Shown: in pieces, positions 47,355 to 57,399 of the stretch
How the letters are laid out: each line of letters opens with the position of its first letter
Position numbering within the stretch: position 1 is the first letter of the stretch
Assembly: GCA_965215565.1 (NCBI GenBank)
Contig: CBDCDZ010000004.1
Span: 3,008,001-3,072,000 of the forward strand
DNA from: Trueperaceae bacterium
GTDB lineage: Bacteria > Deinococcota > Deinococci > Deinococcales > Trueperaceae
Length of the DNA stretch: 64,000 nucleotides
Direction of reading: 5' to 3'
The notes under the pieces: model-generated
The model's input: only the letters and a program-made list of their open reading frames with translations
Told to the model about the DNA's origin: nothing
The model's database searches: none
Translations under genes and position numbers: made by a program

Positions 47355-48373
47355 CTACAATAAATTGTCGAGCGTGGGTTCTAGCGCTCCTAATGTAGTG
47401 AGGAAGTTAAAAAGGACAACGACAATTAGCACAATGACTAAGCTGAGCGTCCAGATACTCCTCTGCTCAGTATTTTCACCTGAACGCATGTCAGCTTTAG
47501 GTAGCTTTAACCACCAAAAGCCCAACCAAAATGCGGTAGCAGCTACCACCAAGCCTACGATGCCAGCGGTAGGCATACTCGGTGACATTTCTATATCAAA
47601 GTGCAAAAGTAGGGTAGCAATGAAATTGCCCAGTCCATGCACTACAATAGCTGTCCATAGTTGACCCGTTTTAATCACCATCAGCGCGACGAGGACAAAC
47701 GGGGGAAAGAAGACTAAGGCGTCTACAAGCGTACCGTGTATAAAGCCAAACAAGGCACTCGTAAACAGTACGGCGAATAGAGTGGAGCGAGCATCACGGT
47801 AGGCTTTAAGCGCGAGTCCTCTAAATATGAGTTCTTCGTAAAAGGGCACGAGAATGGCGACGCCAAGAATAGTAAGTGATAGCTCCAAAGCAGAATTTGC
47901 ATTGGATTCAAAAGGCGTAATATCAGCATTGTATAAATTCGGCATAAACGCGCTCGCGAAATTCAGTAAGCCTGCCTCTATCACAAAAACCAGGACGGTT
48001 AGACCTATAGCGTTGAGTAAGCTAATATCTTGGTGGCGTCTAAGTACCTCGAGAGGACTGTCCGCCGTTCCTCTAAGAAGGTATTGTAAAATCCCCACTA
48101 TAGCAGGTATCATCTGGTTTGAGCCAATCTCACATAATAGGACAACGACTAGCACGTACATTGTAGGATGATATCTGCGCTATTTCAATCCAATACTTCT
48201 GATAACCGCTATATAAGTAGCGCGTTCAGACAGAAAGCAGCTCCCTCACTTACACCTAAAAACACGAAGAGAGGACTGACTGAGCCAGCGAGAAGAATAA
48301 GGAGAAGGAGACTACGATTAGCAAGTTGCACAGCATTGGGATGAACAGCTGTCGCTTCGTCCACTTGTTTCAT
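47355..48373 (-). pseudogene. CPBP/Abi intramembrane metalloprotease interrupted by a MITE
   Basis: EELIFRG, LFGFIH and VHGLGN; removing the MITE and one TA restores in-frame ...NALLI|VGILQY... Confidence 0.85.
48101..48211. mobile_element. MITE copy B (111 bp) with TA duplication
   Basis: TAGCAGGTATCA...TGATAACCGCTA; TA at 48099-48100 and 48212-48213. Confidence 0.9.
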
Positions 48374-48380
48374 TTCGCGC

Positions 48381-49529
48381 TCAGCCAATCGCAGGCAACG
48401 CCTCAAAATCCACCACCGGCTTATTCGCCAACACCGCTGCCGCGTCGGGCGTATGGACGATGTTGTACAAACTGTCGCGCTGCCGCGGAATATAGCCCGC
48501 CTCGGTCACTTGGCGGATAATCTCGCGCTCAGGCGCGTTGTCGTTTTTCGCACCTGCTTGCGAGACGACGTTCTCTTCCAACATCGTCGAGCCAAAGTCG
48601 TTCGCCCCGAAGTGCAGCGCGGTCTGCGCGACCTTGAAGCCCATCGTGGGCCACGAGGCTTGGAAGTTGTGGATGTTATCCAAGAAGAGGCGACTCACCG
48701 CAAGGTTCTGCAAGTATTCGTGCGCCCCTGCGCCGGGTGCTTTGCCCTCCACGCGGACGCCTTCGGTTTGGAGCGTCCAGGAGATAAAGGCGGAGAAGCC
48801 GTTGCCGTACTTCGCCAATGACTTATCTTGCTGGTCGCGGACGCGCTTCATACTCTCCACGCGCTGCGCGGGCGTTTCCCCGAAGCCGATGACCATCGTC
48901 GCGGTTGTGTAGAGCCCGAGCGACTGCGCCTCTTCCATCACACGGAGCCAGTCGTCCGTGCTGATGCGAGCGGGTGAGATGTGCTTAGCGTGGCGCACCT
49001 CGTCCACGAGCATCTCGCCGCCGCCGCCGGGGAGGCCGTCCAGTCCTGCGGCTTGCAGTTCGCGCAAGACCTCTAAGCTCGTCATTCCTGTAAGCTTGCT
49101 CATCCCCTTAATCTCTTCGGGTGAGAAGGCTTCGACGCGGATACTTGGGTGGTGCGTTTTAAGGTGCTTCATGAGGTCTAAGTACCAGGTGAACTCTAAA
49201 TACGGATTCACCCCGCCCTGCATCAAGATGCGCGTGCCGCCTAAATCCTCTAGCTCGCGTACCTTCTGGCTGATCTCTTCAAACGACAAGGTGTAGGCGT
49301 CGTCTTGCCGCTTCGTGCGGTAAAAACCGCAAAAGGCGCAGCCGACGTTGCACACATTCGAGTAGTTGATGTTGCGGTCGATGAGGTAGGTGACGGTTTT
49401 GGGGTCGGTGCGTCTTTGGCGTACGGCGTTGGCGGCGGCGGCGAGGTTGAAAAGAGGTAAGTCGTAGAGTTTGACGCCCTCGTCTAAACTAAGTCTCTCG
49501 CCGGAGGCGGCTTTGTGAAGCAGTTCCAT
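48381..49529 (-). CDS. mqnC: Cyclic dehypoxanthine futalosine synthase (radical SAM)
   Basis: DRNINYSNVCNVGCAFCGF, ILMQGG and FGANDFGSTMLEENVV. Confidence 0.92.
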   Translation of the reverse strand: MELLHKAASGERLSLDEGVKLYDLPLFNLAAAANAVRQRRTDPKTVTYLIDRNINYSNVCNVGCAFCGFYRTKRQDDAYTLSFEEISQKVRELEDLGGTRILMQGGVNPYLEFTWYLDLMKHLKTHHPSIRVEAFSPEEIKGMSKLTGMTSLEVLRELQAAGLDGLPGGGGEMLVDEVRHAKHISPARISTDDWLRVMEEAQSLGLYTTATMVIGFGETPAQRVESMKRVRDQQDKSLAKYGNGFSAFISWTLQTEGVRVEGKAPGAGAHEYLQNLAVSRLFLDNIHNFQASWPTMGFKVAQTALHFGANDFGSTMLEENVVSQAGAKNDNAPEREIIRQVTEAGYIPRQRDSLYNIVHTPDAAAVLANKPVVDFEALPAIG

Positions 49530-49787
49530 AGTTCTTTCAGTCTAGCACCGCGAGGTAATTTCAGACGTTGCTCGGTGAGAGGGTTCGCGGTTGGGACACG
49601 AAATGTCACCTGAGCACACGAACCCTCACCGAACTGAGAGAAATTGGCTCGAGCTTGCCTCAACTTCTCCTACGACCTCTTGCAAAACGCTCTAAAATCT
49701 CCGTAATTTGCTAAAAGTCGACCCGGCACGCTTTTTCGGTGTCGCCCGACTTTGTACTTGTTTACCCCCTGTGTATACAATGGGACC

Positions 49788-52700
49788 ATGTCAGCCGATA
49801 CCCTCACCAAGCCTACCCCGGAAACAAATCCTTGGCGGCGCATCTTCGAGGATGTGCGGGAGGGGATTGGCAACAAGCGGGATGAGGCGGGCGTCGTCGG
49901 CAGCATCAACTGGTTGCGCAAGCAGATGGAGCAGCGCGGCGCGAACCCGAATGTGGTGCGCAACATCATCTACCGCGACAAGGGCAAACTGAGCGACAAG
50001 CGCGTCCTCTTTGAAATCTTGAGCGAGCTGTGGGTAAATGCGGGCAAACCGCCCTTACAAGTTCCTGAACTAGAGGTCTTGCTCGCGGCGAGCACGAACG
50101 ACGACCAGGAGGTCATGCAGCTTTTGGGGCGCGAGAAGCGGCGGGCGTATCAGAGCTTCGTGAGCGGGGTGCGCTCGGAGCTGCACCCGAAACTGCTCGT
50201 GACCGGCAAGCCGGGCTCGGGCAAAACGCTCCTGACGGACTATATTCAGCAAGCTTTAGAGCTGCCGCCTAGAGCCGCCGAGACGATTTTGCGCCAGGAG
50301 TTCGGCGGCGACTTGGCGGCGGCGCTGAGCCGTTTGGCGACCTCTTTAGGCGTGAGCGCGGGCGCGTTCGAGTCGCGGCTCATCAAGATTGGGGTCTCGA
50401 GCGCCTACGCTGTACAAGCCGACGCGCAAGCGGACGTGGCGCGGGTCATTCTAGACGGCGTCCGCTCGCACGCGGGACCGCTCGTGCTTCTTTTTCACCT
50501 CTCGCAGTCGACGGTAGGGCAAGATCACTTGGGCGCGGCTCCACTTAGGCTAAGCACCGCCGACGTGCCGCGCGTCAACGTGGCGGAGTGGCTGTGGCTT
50601 TCTCTCCTAGAGCCGCTCAGCCACATGGCGCACGTGAGCCTTTTGGTCAGCACGACGAGTGTGCCTGCGAGGGTTCTGGGACATTTGGGCGCGTTCGAGG
50701 GTCCGGTCAAGCTCAACCCGCCCACCGTGAGTGAGGCGCGGCGCTTCGTCAAGGCGAGGGTGCCGCATCTGCCGCAGGGCGAGCAGGAGGCGCTAGTCGG
50801 ACGGGCGAAGCGTTCCTTCGAGGACCTGCGCACCTTGACGCTCTTAGCCGAAATCCGCGAGCCGCTGCCCGAAGGGGCGGCGAGCGACAAACACGTCGAG
50901 CAGCTCAGCCAACTCGCGCTGACCTCTTCCGAGCCGCGCCTCAGAGACTTTTTGGGCGCAGTGGCGGTCTTGTCGCTGCCGGAGCCGAGCTTTTCACACG
51001 CCGCTCTAACGGCGATTTTTCCTCACGATGAGCCCTTGAGTAGCCTCGAGAGTGCCTTTTTGGACGCTGTACCTAGCACCTCTCCCGACGCGCTCTCCGC
51101 AGATGAGACCTATTGGCGTTGCTTCTCGCGGCAACTCGTTCGCGCCCTACAAAAGCAACTCGTCGAGGCCGACCTCTCCCGGTACCGCGCCCTCAACGAG
51201 GCGGCGAGCCGTCACTATGAAAAAGGCGCGCACGCTGCGCCCAAAGGCGCGGCGACGACGCGCTATCTGTGTCACCTTTTAGAAGCGAGGAATTGGTCTA
51301 CGTTGCAGACGTGGCTAAGCCGCTACGGGGCGTCGCAGTCGCTCTTGCAGAGCGCGTGGCAGGCTGCCACTGAGGAGTTGCAGGACGTCTCGCAAAATGA
51401 ACCGGAGAGCGCCGAGTTCGAAGCTATCGCCCTTCACGTCGCCGCGCACTACGTCAAACTAGGCAGCTTCGAGCACCCTGATGTGGTGCAAGCGCTCCAA
51501 GTTTTAGCCGACTCGGACAACCCCCGCTTGCGCGCCTGGACCACCCTCAAGCGCGCCGAAGGCGAGGTGCTTAAGGGGCATTTCGGCGCAGCCGAAGCGC
51601 TTATAGGGCGCTGGCCCGACGTGGACGACGCCGTTCTCAACACCGAGGTGAGCCTGATCCGCGCGAGCATCGCGCGGTGGCGCTCTCAGCTGGGTGAGGC
51701 GGCGGCGCTCGTCGAGACGCAGGCGCGCGTCTTTTTGGAGCGCGTGCCGCCCCACAGCCAAGAGAGTAAACTTTTAGGGGCGAAGGTGGCGGCCTGGGCG
51801 GGTCTCATCGCCAAAGACAGGGGCGACTTGCAAGCGGCGCTGAAACACTTCGCTAGCATCGAAACCGACGACGATTTGGTGCGCGCGCGCCTCGCCTTTC
51901 AGCGCGGCGACATCAGAATGGCGCTCGGACATTTCGGCGCGGCTCTAGCCGAGTTCGACGACGCCGTGACCCGCTCCTTTGAGGCGGAAGCGCCGAGCCA
52001 CGAGCGGGCGCGCTACTTGGCGCGGCGGGCGAATTTGCAGCGGCTGCGCGGGCATTTTCGCAGCGCCGAACGCGGCTTCGAAAGGGCGGCAAACGCTTTG
52101 GGAAACGACGCCTACCCGACGAGCCGCCACGAGCTGGAGTGGGCGAAGGTCAAAGATGAGCACGCGCTCAACCTTCTCGCGCAAGGGCGGCATGAAGCGG
52201 CTATCTTTACCCTGCAGCGCAACCTCGCCACCTTCGGGCGCTACGCTCAAGAGCAAGAGGTGGACGCGAGCTTTCGCATTTTGCGGAGCACCTTGCGCCT
52301 CAGCCTCGCGTATTGGTGCCGCGCTCTGACGCAGCCGCTCGCGCTGCCCTTTTTGCGCGCCGCCGAAGACGCGCCCGCGCACCCCGACTTGGCGCACGCA
52401 CGCACGCTTATTGCCCGCGTCAAGGAGGCTCTAGGTGAGAAGCGCTACGGTCCGCTCCACCGTCAGGTGCACCTCGCCGCCAGCCTCATCCTAGAACCCG
52501 AAAGTGCAGCCATACACGCCCGGCACACGCTCACGTACATGCTAGAACACGCCTTAGAGGGCGCGCACTACCCCTACCGCGAGGCGGTGAGCCGCGCCTA
52601 TCTGGGCGCTGCGCTGCTGCGCTCCGGCGAAGTGGACGCGGCGTTAGCAGAGGTTGACAGAGCGCGGGAGGTCCTGCTGACCCTCGCCGACGAACACGGC

Positions 52701-53012
52701 GAAGGCACCGACAGCGGTCTGCTCGCGTGGCTCGCCGCCTTGCACCTCCAGGCGCACGCCCGCTTAGGGCAGAGTGAAGCGGTCCAAGCGAAGCTCACGG
52801 AGGCGCTAGATACGCCCGCGCTTCACCCCTACGCCGAGGTGCTCCTACGGCTCTACGGCGAACTCGCTGAAGCGTCCCCAGACTCAGCGTGGTTTCAGCA
52901 CGAAGGGTTGCGGCGTCACATTGCTCTGCACGGTGATTTGGAAAACCAGGCGCAGCGGAGTGTGCGCCTGCCTGATGCGCTTGTAGCGTACTGGCAGAGC
53001 TTGGACATCTAA
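49788..53012 (+). CDS. Large P-loop plus helical/TPR-like repeat protein of unknown function
   Basis: N-terminal helical domain (RGANPNVVRNIIYRD), Walker A GKPGSGKT, Ala/Leu-rich TPR-like C-terminus; TACAAT 6 nt before ATG 49788. Confidence 0.7.
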   Translation: MSADTLTKPTPETNPWRRIFEDVREGIGNKRDEAGVVGSINWLRKQMEQRGANPNVVRNIIYRDKGKLSDKRVLFEILSELWVNAGKPPLQVPELEVLLAASTNDDQEVMQLLGREKRRAYQSFVSGVRSELHPKLLVTGKPGSGKTLLTDYIQQALELPPRAAETILRQEFGGDLAAALSRLATSLGVSAGAFESRLIKIGVSSAYAVQADAQADVARVILDGVRSHAGPLVLLFHLSQSTVGQDHLGAAPLRLSTADVPRVNVAEWLWLSLLEPLSHMAHVSLLVSTTSVPARVLGHLGAFEGPVKLNPPTVSEARRFVKARVPHLPQGEQEALVGRAKRSFEDLRTLTLLAEIREPLPEGAASDKHVEQLSQLALTSSEPRLRDFLGAVAVLSLPEPSFSHAALTAIFPHDEPLSSLESAFLDAVPSTSPDALSADETYWRCFSRQLVRALQKQLVEADLSRYRALNEAASRHYEKGAHAAPKGAATTRYLCHLLEARNWSTLQTWLSRYGASQSLLQSAWQAATEELQDVSQNEPESAEFEAIALHVAAHYVKLGSFEHPDVVQALQVLADSDNPRLRAWTTLKRAEGEVLKGHFGAAEALIGRWPDVDDAVLNTEVSLIRASIARWRSQLGEAAALVETQARVFLERVPPHSQESKLLGAKVAAWAGLIAKDRGDLQAALKHFASIETDDDLVRARLAFQRGDIRMALGHFGAALAEFDDAVTRSFEAEAPSHERARYLARRANLQRLRGHFRSAERGFERAANALGNDAYPTSRHELEWAKVKDEHALNLLAQGRHEAAIFTLQRNLATFGRYAQEQEVDASFRILRSTLRLSLAYWCRALTQPLALPFLRAAEDAPAHPDLAHARTLIARVKEALGEKRYGPLHRQVHLAASLILEPESAAIHARHTLTYMLEHALEGAHYPYREAVSRAYLGAALLRSGEVDAALAEVDRAREVLLTLADEHGEGTDSGLLAWLAALHLQAHARLGQSEAVQAKLTEALDTPALHPYAEVLLRLYGELAEASPDSAWFQHEGLRRHIALHGDLENQAQRSVRLPDALVAYWQSLDI

Positions 53013-53349
53013 AGAACTTCGGGCTTTTAGCGCTTAGCCGTTAGCAGAGGTTTTTAAGCTAACAGCTTTGAATAAATGCCTTCACAGCGGGCCCAAGTGT
53101 TTTTGCAAGTAGGTTGAATGAAGTTTTGTGCGGGCTCGGACTGAGAGGCTCGAGCCCCACCTCTCCCACGTTCAACCTCTTCTCATAGCAGTTCCAGAAC
53201 TTATTGAGACGACTGAGGGCGTTCGTTTCGACTCGCAGAGAAGCTTTTAGCCTGCTAGCGGGCGCGTTCCACGCGACTGCGTAACATGCCGTTATCTACG
53301 CGCGATGTTTCAAAGATGCTACCTCTGGCTAAAGGCTCTTCTCCGCTCG

Positions 53350-53379
53350 CATGAGTCATTGAGACTTCAATGACTCATG
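53350..53379. promoter_or_regulatory. Perfect 13-bp-arm palindrome upstream of acuB
   Basis: CATGAGTCATTGA-GACT-TCAATGACTCATG. Confidence 0.45.
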
Positions 53380-53521
53380 GAAATGCTATCAACCTGCCGA
53401 CTTCATCTCCGTACAAGCCTGGAGCGTAGGTACCAAATGCGTTACCATAGGCGCATCAAACAGCGTTTTTAGCGGGGAGGTCACCTTACGTGGCAATGTA
53501 TATAGACAAATGGGAGGCAAG

Positions 53522-54220
53522 ATGCTCATCCAGGAAATCATGACCAAAGAAGTCGTCGCTATCGGACCGGAGATGCCCATCGGCGACGTTCACGTGTTGA
53601 TGGAGCAGCGTAATATTCGCCACTTTCCGGTGTTGGAAGCGACGCCGGGTGCCGCCCAAGCGGATTTAGAGTCGCTCATGATGCAACCGGCGGAGCAGGG
53701 CGACGCCAAGCTCGTCGGCATCGTTTCAGACCGCGACATCCGCGCGGTGGGTTCAGAACTGCCGAATGTGGAGCAGGGCGTGACGCTCAAAGACCCGGTG
53801 CGGCGCATCATGGTCTACCCGGTATTAAGTGCGCATCCCTTGGACCCTATCGAGGAGTCCGCGAGCGTCTTGCGGCAGCACAAGATCGGCGCGATGCCCG
53901 TCATGGACGGCGAAGACCTCGTCGGCATCGTGACGAGCACGGACTTTTTGGAGTCGCTTATCAAGATGACGGGCGTGCGGGGCGCGGCGTCTCGCTTAGA
54001 AGTCGAGATAGAGAACCGCCCTGGCGCACTTGCGCGGCTGACCGAAGCGGTGGCGGAGCGCGGGGTCAATATCTCGAGCGTCCTCACCCACGGTAGCGAC
54101 GACGAGATGATCAGCTTCGTGTTGCGGGCGGACACGATCGACGGGCGCGGCTTGGCAAACGCCCTAAAAGAACGCGGCTTTCACGTGCTATGGCCTCCGG
54201 AGAAAGGGCAACACCCATGA
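53522..54220 (+). CDS. acuB: CBS-pair plus ACT domain protein (AcuB-like)
   Basis: IRHFPV..LVGIVSDRDI, KIGAMPV and ENRPGALA ACT motif; adjacent to acuC. Confidence 0.85.
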   Translation: MLIQEIMTKEVVAIGPEMPIGDVHVLMEQRNIRHFPVLEATPGAAQADLESLMMQPAEQGDAKLVGIVSDRDIRAVGSELPNVEQGVTLKDPVRRIMVYPVLSAHPLDPIEESASVLRQHKIGAMPVMDGEDLVGIVTSTDFLESLIKMTGVRGAASRLEVEIENRPGALARLTEAVAERGVNISSVLTHGSDDEMISFVLRADTIDGRGLANALKERGFHVLWPPEKGQHP

Positions 54221-55377
54221 ACGAAACCGCCTTCGTCTACAGCCCCCACCTGAGCGACTATCAACTCTCGGAGAGTCACCCCTTTAAGCCGATTCGCCTA
54301 GAACTCACCCGCAGCCTCCTCCATCACGCCGGGCTTCTGAGTGAAGCGCAAGAGGTCCACCCGGAGCCCTTCAGCGAGTCACAACTCCACACGCTGCACG
54401 ACCCGCACTACGTCGAGGTGGTCAAAGCGGTCTCTAAAGGGCGAGACGTCACCGACGCCTACGCGCACGGCTTGGGCACCTCGGATAACCCCATCTTCCC
54501 CGGTATGCACGACGCGATTTTGGGCATCTGCGCCGCGACTGCTACCGCCGTCGACCTCGTCGCCTCGGGTAAGGCGCAGCGGGCCACGAACATCTCGGGC
54601 GGTCTGCACCACGCGATGAGGGGTAAGATGTCAGGCTTTTGCACCTACAACGACCTCGCTCTAGGCATCGAGCAGGCGATTGGGCGTCACGGCGTGCGCG
54701 TCGCGTACATCGACCTTGACGCGCACCACGGTGACGGCGTGCAGTGGATGTTCTACGAACGCGCCGAAGTCATGACGATTTCCATGCACGAGTCGGGGCG
54801 TTACCTCTTTCCGGGGACGGGTCACACCTATGAGATCGGCAAGGATGCGGGGCGAGGCTCGAGCGTCAACATGCCCTTAGAGCCTTTCACCGAAGACGAC
54901 TCTTACTTAGAGTGCTTCGAAGCAGTGGTGCCCCGCGCCCTAAAAGCCTTTGGACCCGACCTCATCGTGTTGCAAGCGGGCGCGGATATGCACTACAACG
55001 ACCCGCTCGCAGACTTAGCCCTCTCCACTAAGGGCATCGGCGAGAGCTACCGCCGCGTGAGCGGGTTAGCCGACGAGTTCTGCGAGGGGCGCTTAGTGGC
55101 GACGGGCGGCGGCGGCTACGACCCCTACCGCACCGTGCCGCGCGTCTGGTCCCTGCTGTGGGGCGCGGTGAGCCGCCAAGAGGTACCCGAAGACGTGCCG
55201 CAAGCCTGGTTGGACCAGTGGCAGAAGCGCAGTTCGAACCCGCTGACTAAGACCTTTCATGACGACCTCTCCCAGTGGGACGAGATGCCGCGCCGCGAGC
55301 AGATCACCTCGCACAACCAAGTGGTGGCGAAGCGGCTACTGAATACGGTGGAGCCGATTTGGGAGGGGGAGGTCTAA
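54217..55377 (+). CDS. acuC: AcuC / HDAC-family deacetylase
   Basis: HPFKPIRL, GGLHHA, GFCTYND, DAHHGDGV and DPLA. Confidence 0.92.
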   Translation: MNETAFVYSPHLSDYQLSESHPFKPIRLELTRSLLHHAGLLSEAQEVHPEPFSESQLHTLHDPHYVEVVKAVSKGRDVTDAYAHGLGTSDNPIFPGMHDAILGICAATATAVDLVASGKAQRATNISGGLHHAMRGKMSGFCTYNDLALGIEQAIGRHGVRVAYIDLDAHHGDGVQWMFYERAEVMTISMHESGRYLFPGTGHTYEIGKDAGRGSSVNMPLEPFTEDDSYLECFEAVVPRALKAFGPDLIVLQAGADMHYNDPLADLALSTKGIGESYRRVSGLADEFCEGRLVATGGGGYDPYRTVPRVWSLLWGAVSRQEVPEDVPQAWLDQWQKRSSNPLTKTFHDDLSQWDEMPRREQITSHNQVVAKRLLNTVEPIWEGEV

Positions 55378-55484
55378 CAGCAGGTATTGTCTAGTCACGT
55401 ACGCTCTCACTGTAGAGAACATCTGCGAGCACACACGTTCTAAGATAATATCTGCGTCCATCTATTTTAGTGTAGAAGCTGCTA
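55378..55484. repeat. Divergent MITE copy D
   Basis: AGCAGGTAT...CTCTCAC...GAGAACATC...GATAATATCTGCG...GCTGCTA. Confidence 0.55.
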
Positions 55485-55488
55485 AGGT

Positions 55489-55549
55489 AGTCCAAAGCAA
55501 TGAGCAATGAGTAGAAGCCTTTTACACTCATTGCTCATTGCTTTGGACT
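55489..55549. repeat. Perfect 24-bp inverted repeat built from GCAATGA heptamers
   Basis: AGTCCAAAGCAATGAGCAATGAGT-N13-ACTCATTGCTCATTGCTTTGGACT. Confidence 0.85.
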
Positions 55550-55594
55550 CATTGCTACTCTCAAACGTTAGTTTGGCATTCAGGAGGTTTTATA

Positions 55595-56473
55595 GTGAAA
55601 GTTGCTTTTATCGGCCTGGGCACGATGGGCGCACCGATGGCGAAGCGCTTAGTCGAGGCGGGCTACAACGTGACGGTGCACAACCGAACACGCGAACGTG
55701 AAGAACCTGTAGCGGAAGCGGGAGCGAAACGCGCCAGCAGCCCCCGAGAAGCCGCCGAAGGTGCAGACCTCATCATTACAATGGTCAGCGACACACCCGA
55801 TGTAGAAGCCGTCATTCTAGGCGACGAAGGCGTCATCCACAGCGTTAAAGCAGGCAGTATCGTCGTGGACATGAGCACCATCAGCCCGAGCGTGACGAGA
55901 GACATCGCCGAAAAGCTCGCCGCGAAGGAGGTCCAAATGCTCGACGCGCCCGTTTCCGGCGGCAGCGAAGGGGCGAAAGAGGGCACGCTCTCGATCATGG
56001 TGGGCGGCAGAGAAGAGGTCTTGGCGCGCGTCCGCGAAGTTTTAGAACATCTTGGCAAGACTATCACGCTCGTCGGTCCAGTCGGCAGCGGTCAGGTGAC
56101 GAAAGCGATTAACCAGGTCATCATCGCGGGAACGTACGCCGCTGTCGCTGAGGGGATGGCGATTGGTTTGGCGGCAGGGCTCGACATCGAAGCGGCGCAT
56201 CAGGCGGTCTCAGGGGGTGCGGCCGGCTCTTGGGTTTTGACGAACCGCGCGAAGAACATGATCGAAAACGAGTACCCGCTCGGCTTTCGCACGCGGCTCC
56301 ACCGGAAGGATCTGGGAATTGCTTTAGAAACGGCGGAGGAATTAGGCGTGGCGATTCCGACGGCGGCGTACGTGGCGCAGCTCGAGACGAGCCTCATGAA
56401 GCGCGGGCTCGGCGATGAGGACGTTTCGAACATCGCGCGAATCGTGCGGGAGCAGGCGGGGTTGGATGGATGA
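55595..56473 (+). CDS. Beta-hydroxyacid dehydrogenase family oxidoreductase
   Basis: FIGLGTMG, DAPVSGG and KAINQ; AGGAGG RBS. Confidence 0.92.
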   Translation: MKVAFIGLGTMGAPMAKRLVEAGYNVTVHNRTREREEPVAEAGAKRASSPREAAEGADLIITMVSDTPDVEAVILGDEGVIHSVKAGSIVVDMSTISPSVTRDIAEKLAAKEVQMLDAPVSGGSEGAKEGTLSIMVGGREEVLARVREVLEHLGKTITLVGPVGSGQVTKAINQVIIAGTYAAVAEGMAIGLAAGLDIEAAHQAVSGGAAGSWVLTNRAKNMIENEYPLGFRTRLHRKDLGIALETAEELGVAIPTAAYVAQLETSLMKRGLGDEDVSNIARIVREQAGLDG

Positions 56474-56996
56474 GCTTGGGGCGCATTATCTTCAGGATAT
56501 CCAGCGCCGTTTCCGAAGCCTCAAAACTCTCGCTGACGACGCCATCGCCCAAGCAGAAAGTGACTTCTTCACGGTTTTAGGGAGCGAAGACAACAGTGTC
56601 GCCGTTATCGTCAAACATGTGAGCGGCAACATGAGGTCTCGGTGGCGCAACTTCTTGACGAGCGACGGTGAAAAGGCGGAGCGTGATAGAGACCTCGAGT
56701 TTGTCATTCAGGAGTCCAAAGAGGTGTTGTTAGAAGCGTGGGAGAGGGGCTGGGCAACACTTTTCGGGGCGCTGGAAGGCTTGGAACCTCATCACCTCTT
56801 GCAGCATGTCACCATTCGCGGCGAAGCGCACACCGTGTTAGAGGCCGTCAACCGCCAGCTCAGCCACTACGCCTACCACGTGGGGCAAATCGTCTTTTTA
56901 GCAAAGCATCTTTGCGGCGCGGCGTGGCGCTCCTTGAGCATTCCGAAAGGGGAATCAGCGGCGTTCAACCAGACGTTTGCGAAGGGTCAACCTTAG
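56466..56996 (+). CDS. DUF1572/DinB-like protein
   Basis: NSVAVIVKHVSGNMRSRW..FLTSDGEK..RDRDLEF and HYAYHVGQIV. Confidence 0.85.
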   Translation: MDELGAHYLQDIQRRFRSLKTLADDAIAQAESDFFTVLGSEDNSVAVIVKHVSGNMRSRWRNFLTSDGEKAERDRDLEFVIQESKEVLLEAWERGWATLFGALEGLEPHHLLQHVTIRGEAHTVLEAVNRQLSHYAYHVGQIVFLAKHLCGAAWRSLSIPKGESAAFNQTFAKGQP

Positions 56997-57325
56997 CCGC
57001 GTTGCGCCTCTAAATACCCCATAAACGCCAGCACAGCCCGCCACTCTTCCTCACTCAACCGCTTATCTGCGAGTTCTTTGGGAATATGCGGATAGGGCGA
57101 CGGTTCCGGCATAAGGTAATCCGCTAGCTCCATCAAACGCGAATAAGAGACGCCGAGCACCTCCGCCAACCTCTTTAGCACGCGCGGCGAAGGACTATTG
57201 ACGCCACCACGCTCGAGCTTCTGCAGATACGTCAGTGAAATCTTGGCGGGCTCCGCCACCTCTTGGAGCGTCAGCTCTTTTTGCTTTCTCGCAGCGCGGA
57301 GTTCATGACCGAGTTCTTGGAGCAT
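56993..57325 (-). CDS. XRE-family HTH regulator
   Basis: LRAARKQKELTLQEVAE...YLQKLERG. Confidence 0.88.
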   Translation of the reverse strand: MLQELGHELRAARKQKELTLQEVAEPAKISLTYLQKLERGGVNSPSPRVLKRLAEVLGVSYSRLMELADYLMPEPSPYPHIPKELADKRLSEEEWRAVLAFMGYLEAQRG

Positions 57326-57355
57326 TTGACAAAACCACCTCTTCACTCTACTATA

Positions 57356-57385
57356 ACTATAGTTTAACAAATTTACTATAGTTTA
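57356..57385. promoter_or_regulatory. Tandem ACTATAGTTTA boxes, probable operator of the XRE regulator
   Basis: Two 11-bp direct repeats with palindromic core ACTATAGT between divergent genes. Confidence 0.5.
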
Positions 57386-57399
57386 GAAAGGGGTCCGAG

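Noticed and set aside
47355..48161. ORF-track 268-aa CPBP protein as the native gene
   Set aside because: Its N-terminal residues derive from the MITE; the native start is at 48373.
53130..53160. CTGAGA motif suggesting a TPP riboswitch
   Set aside because: The other conserved TPP elements are not evident and the downstream genes are not thiamine-related.
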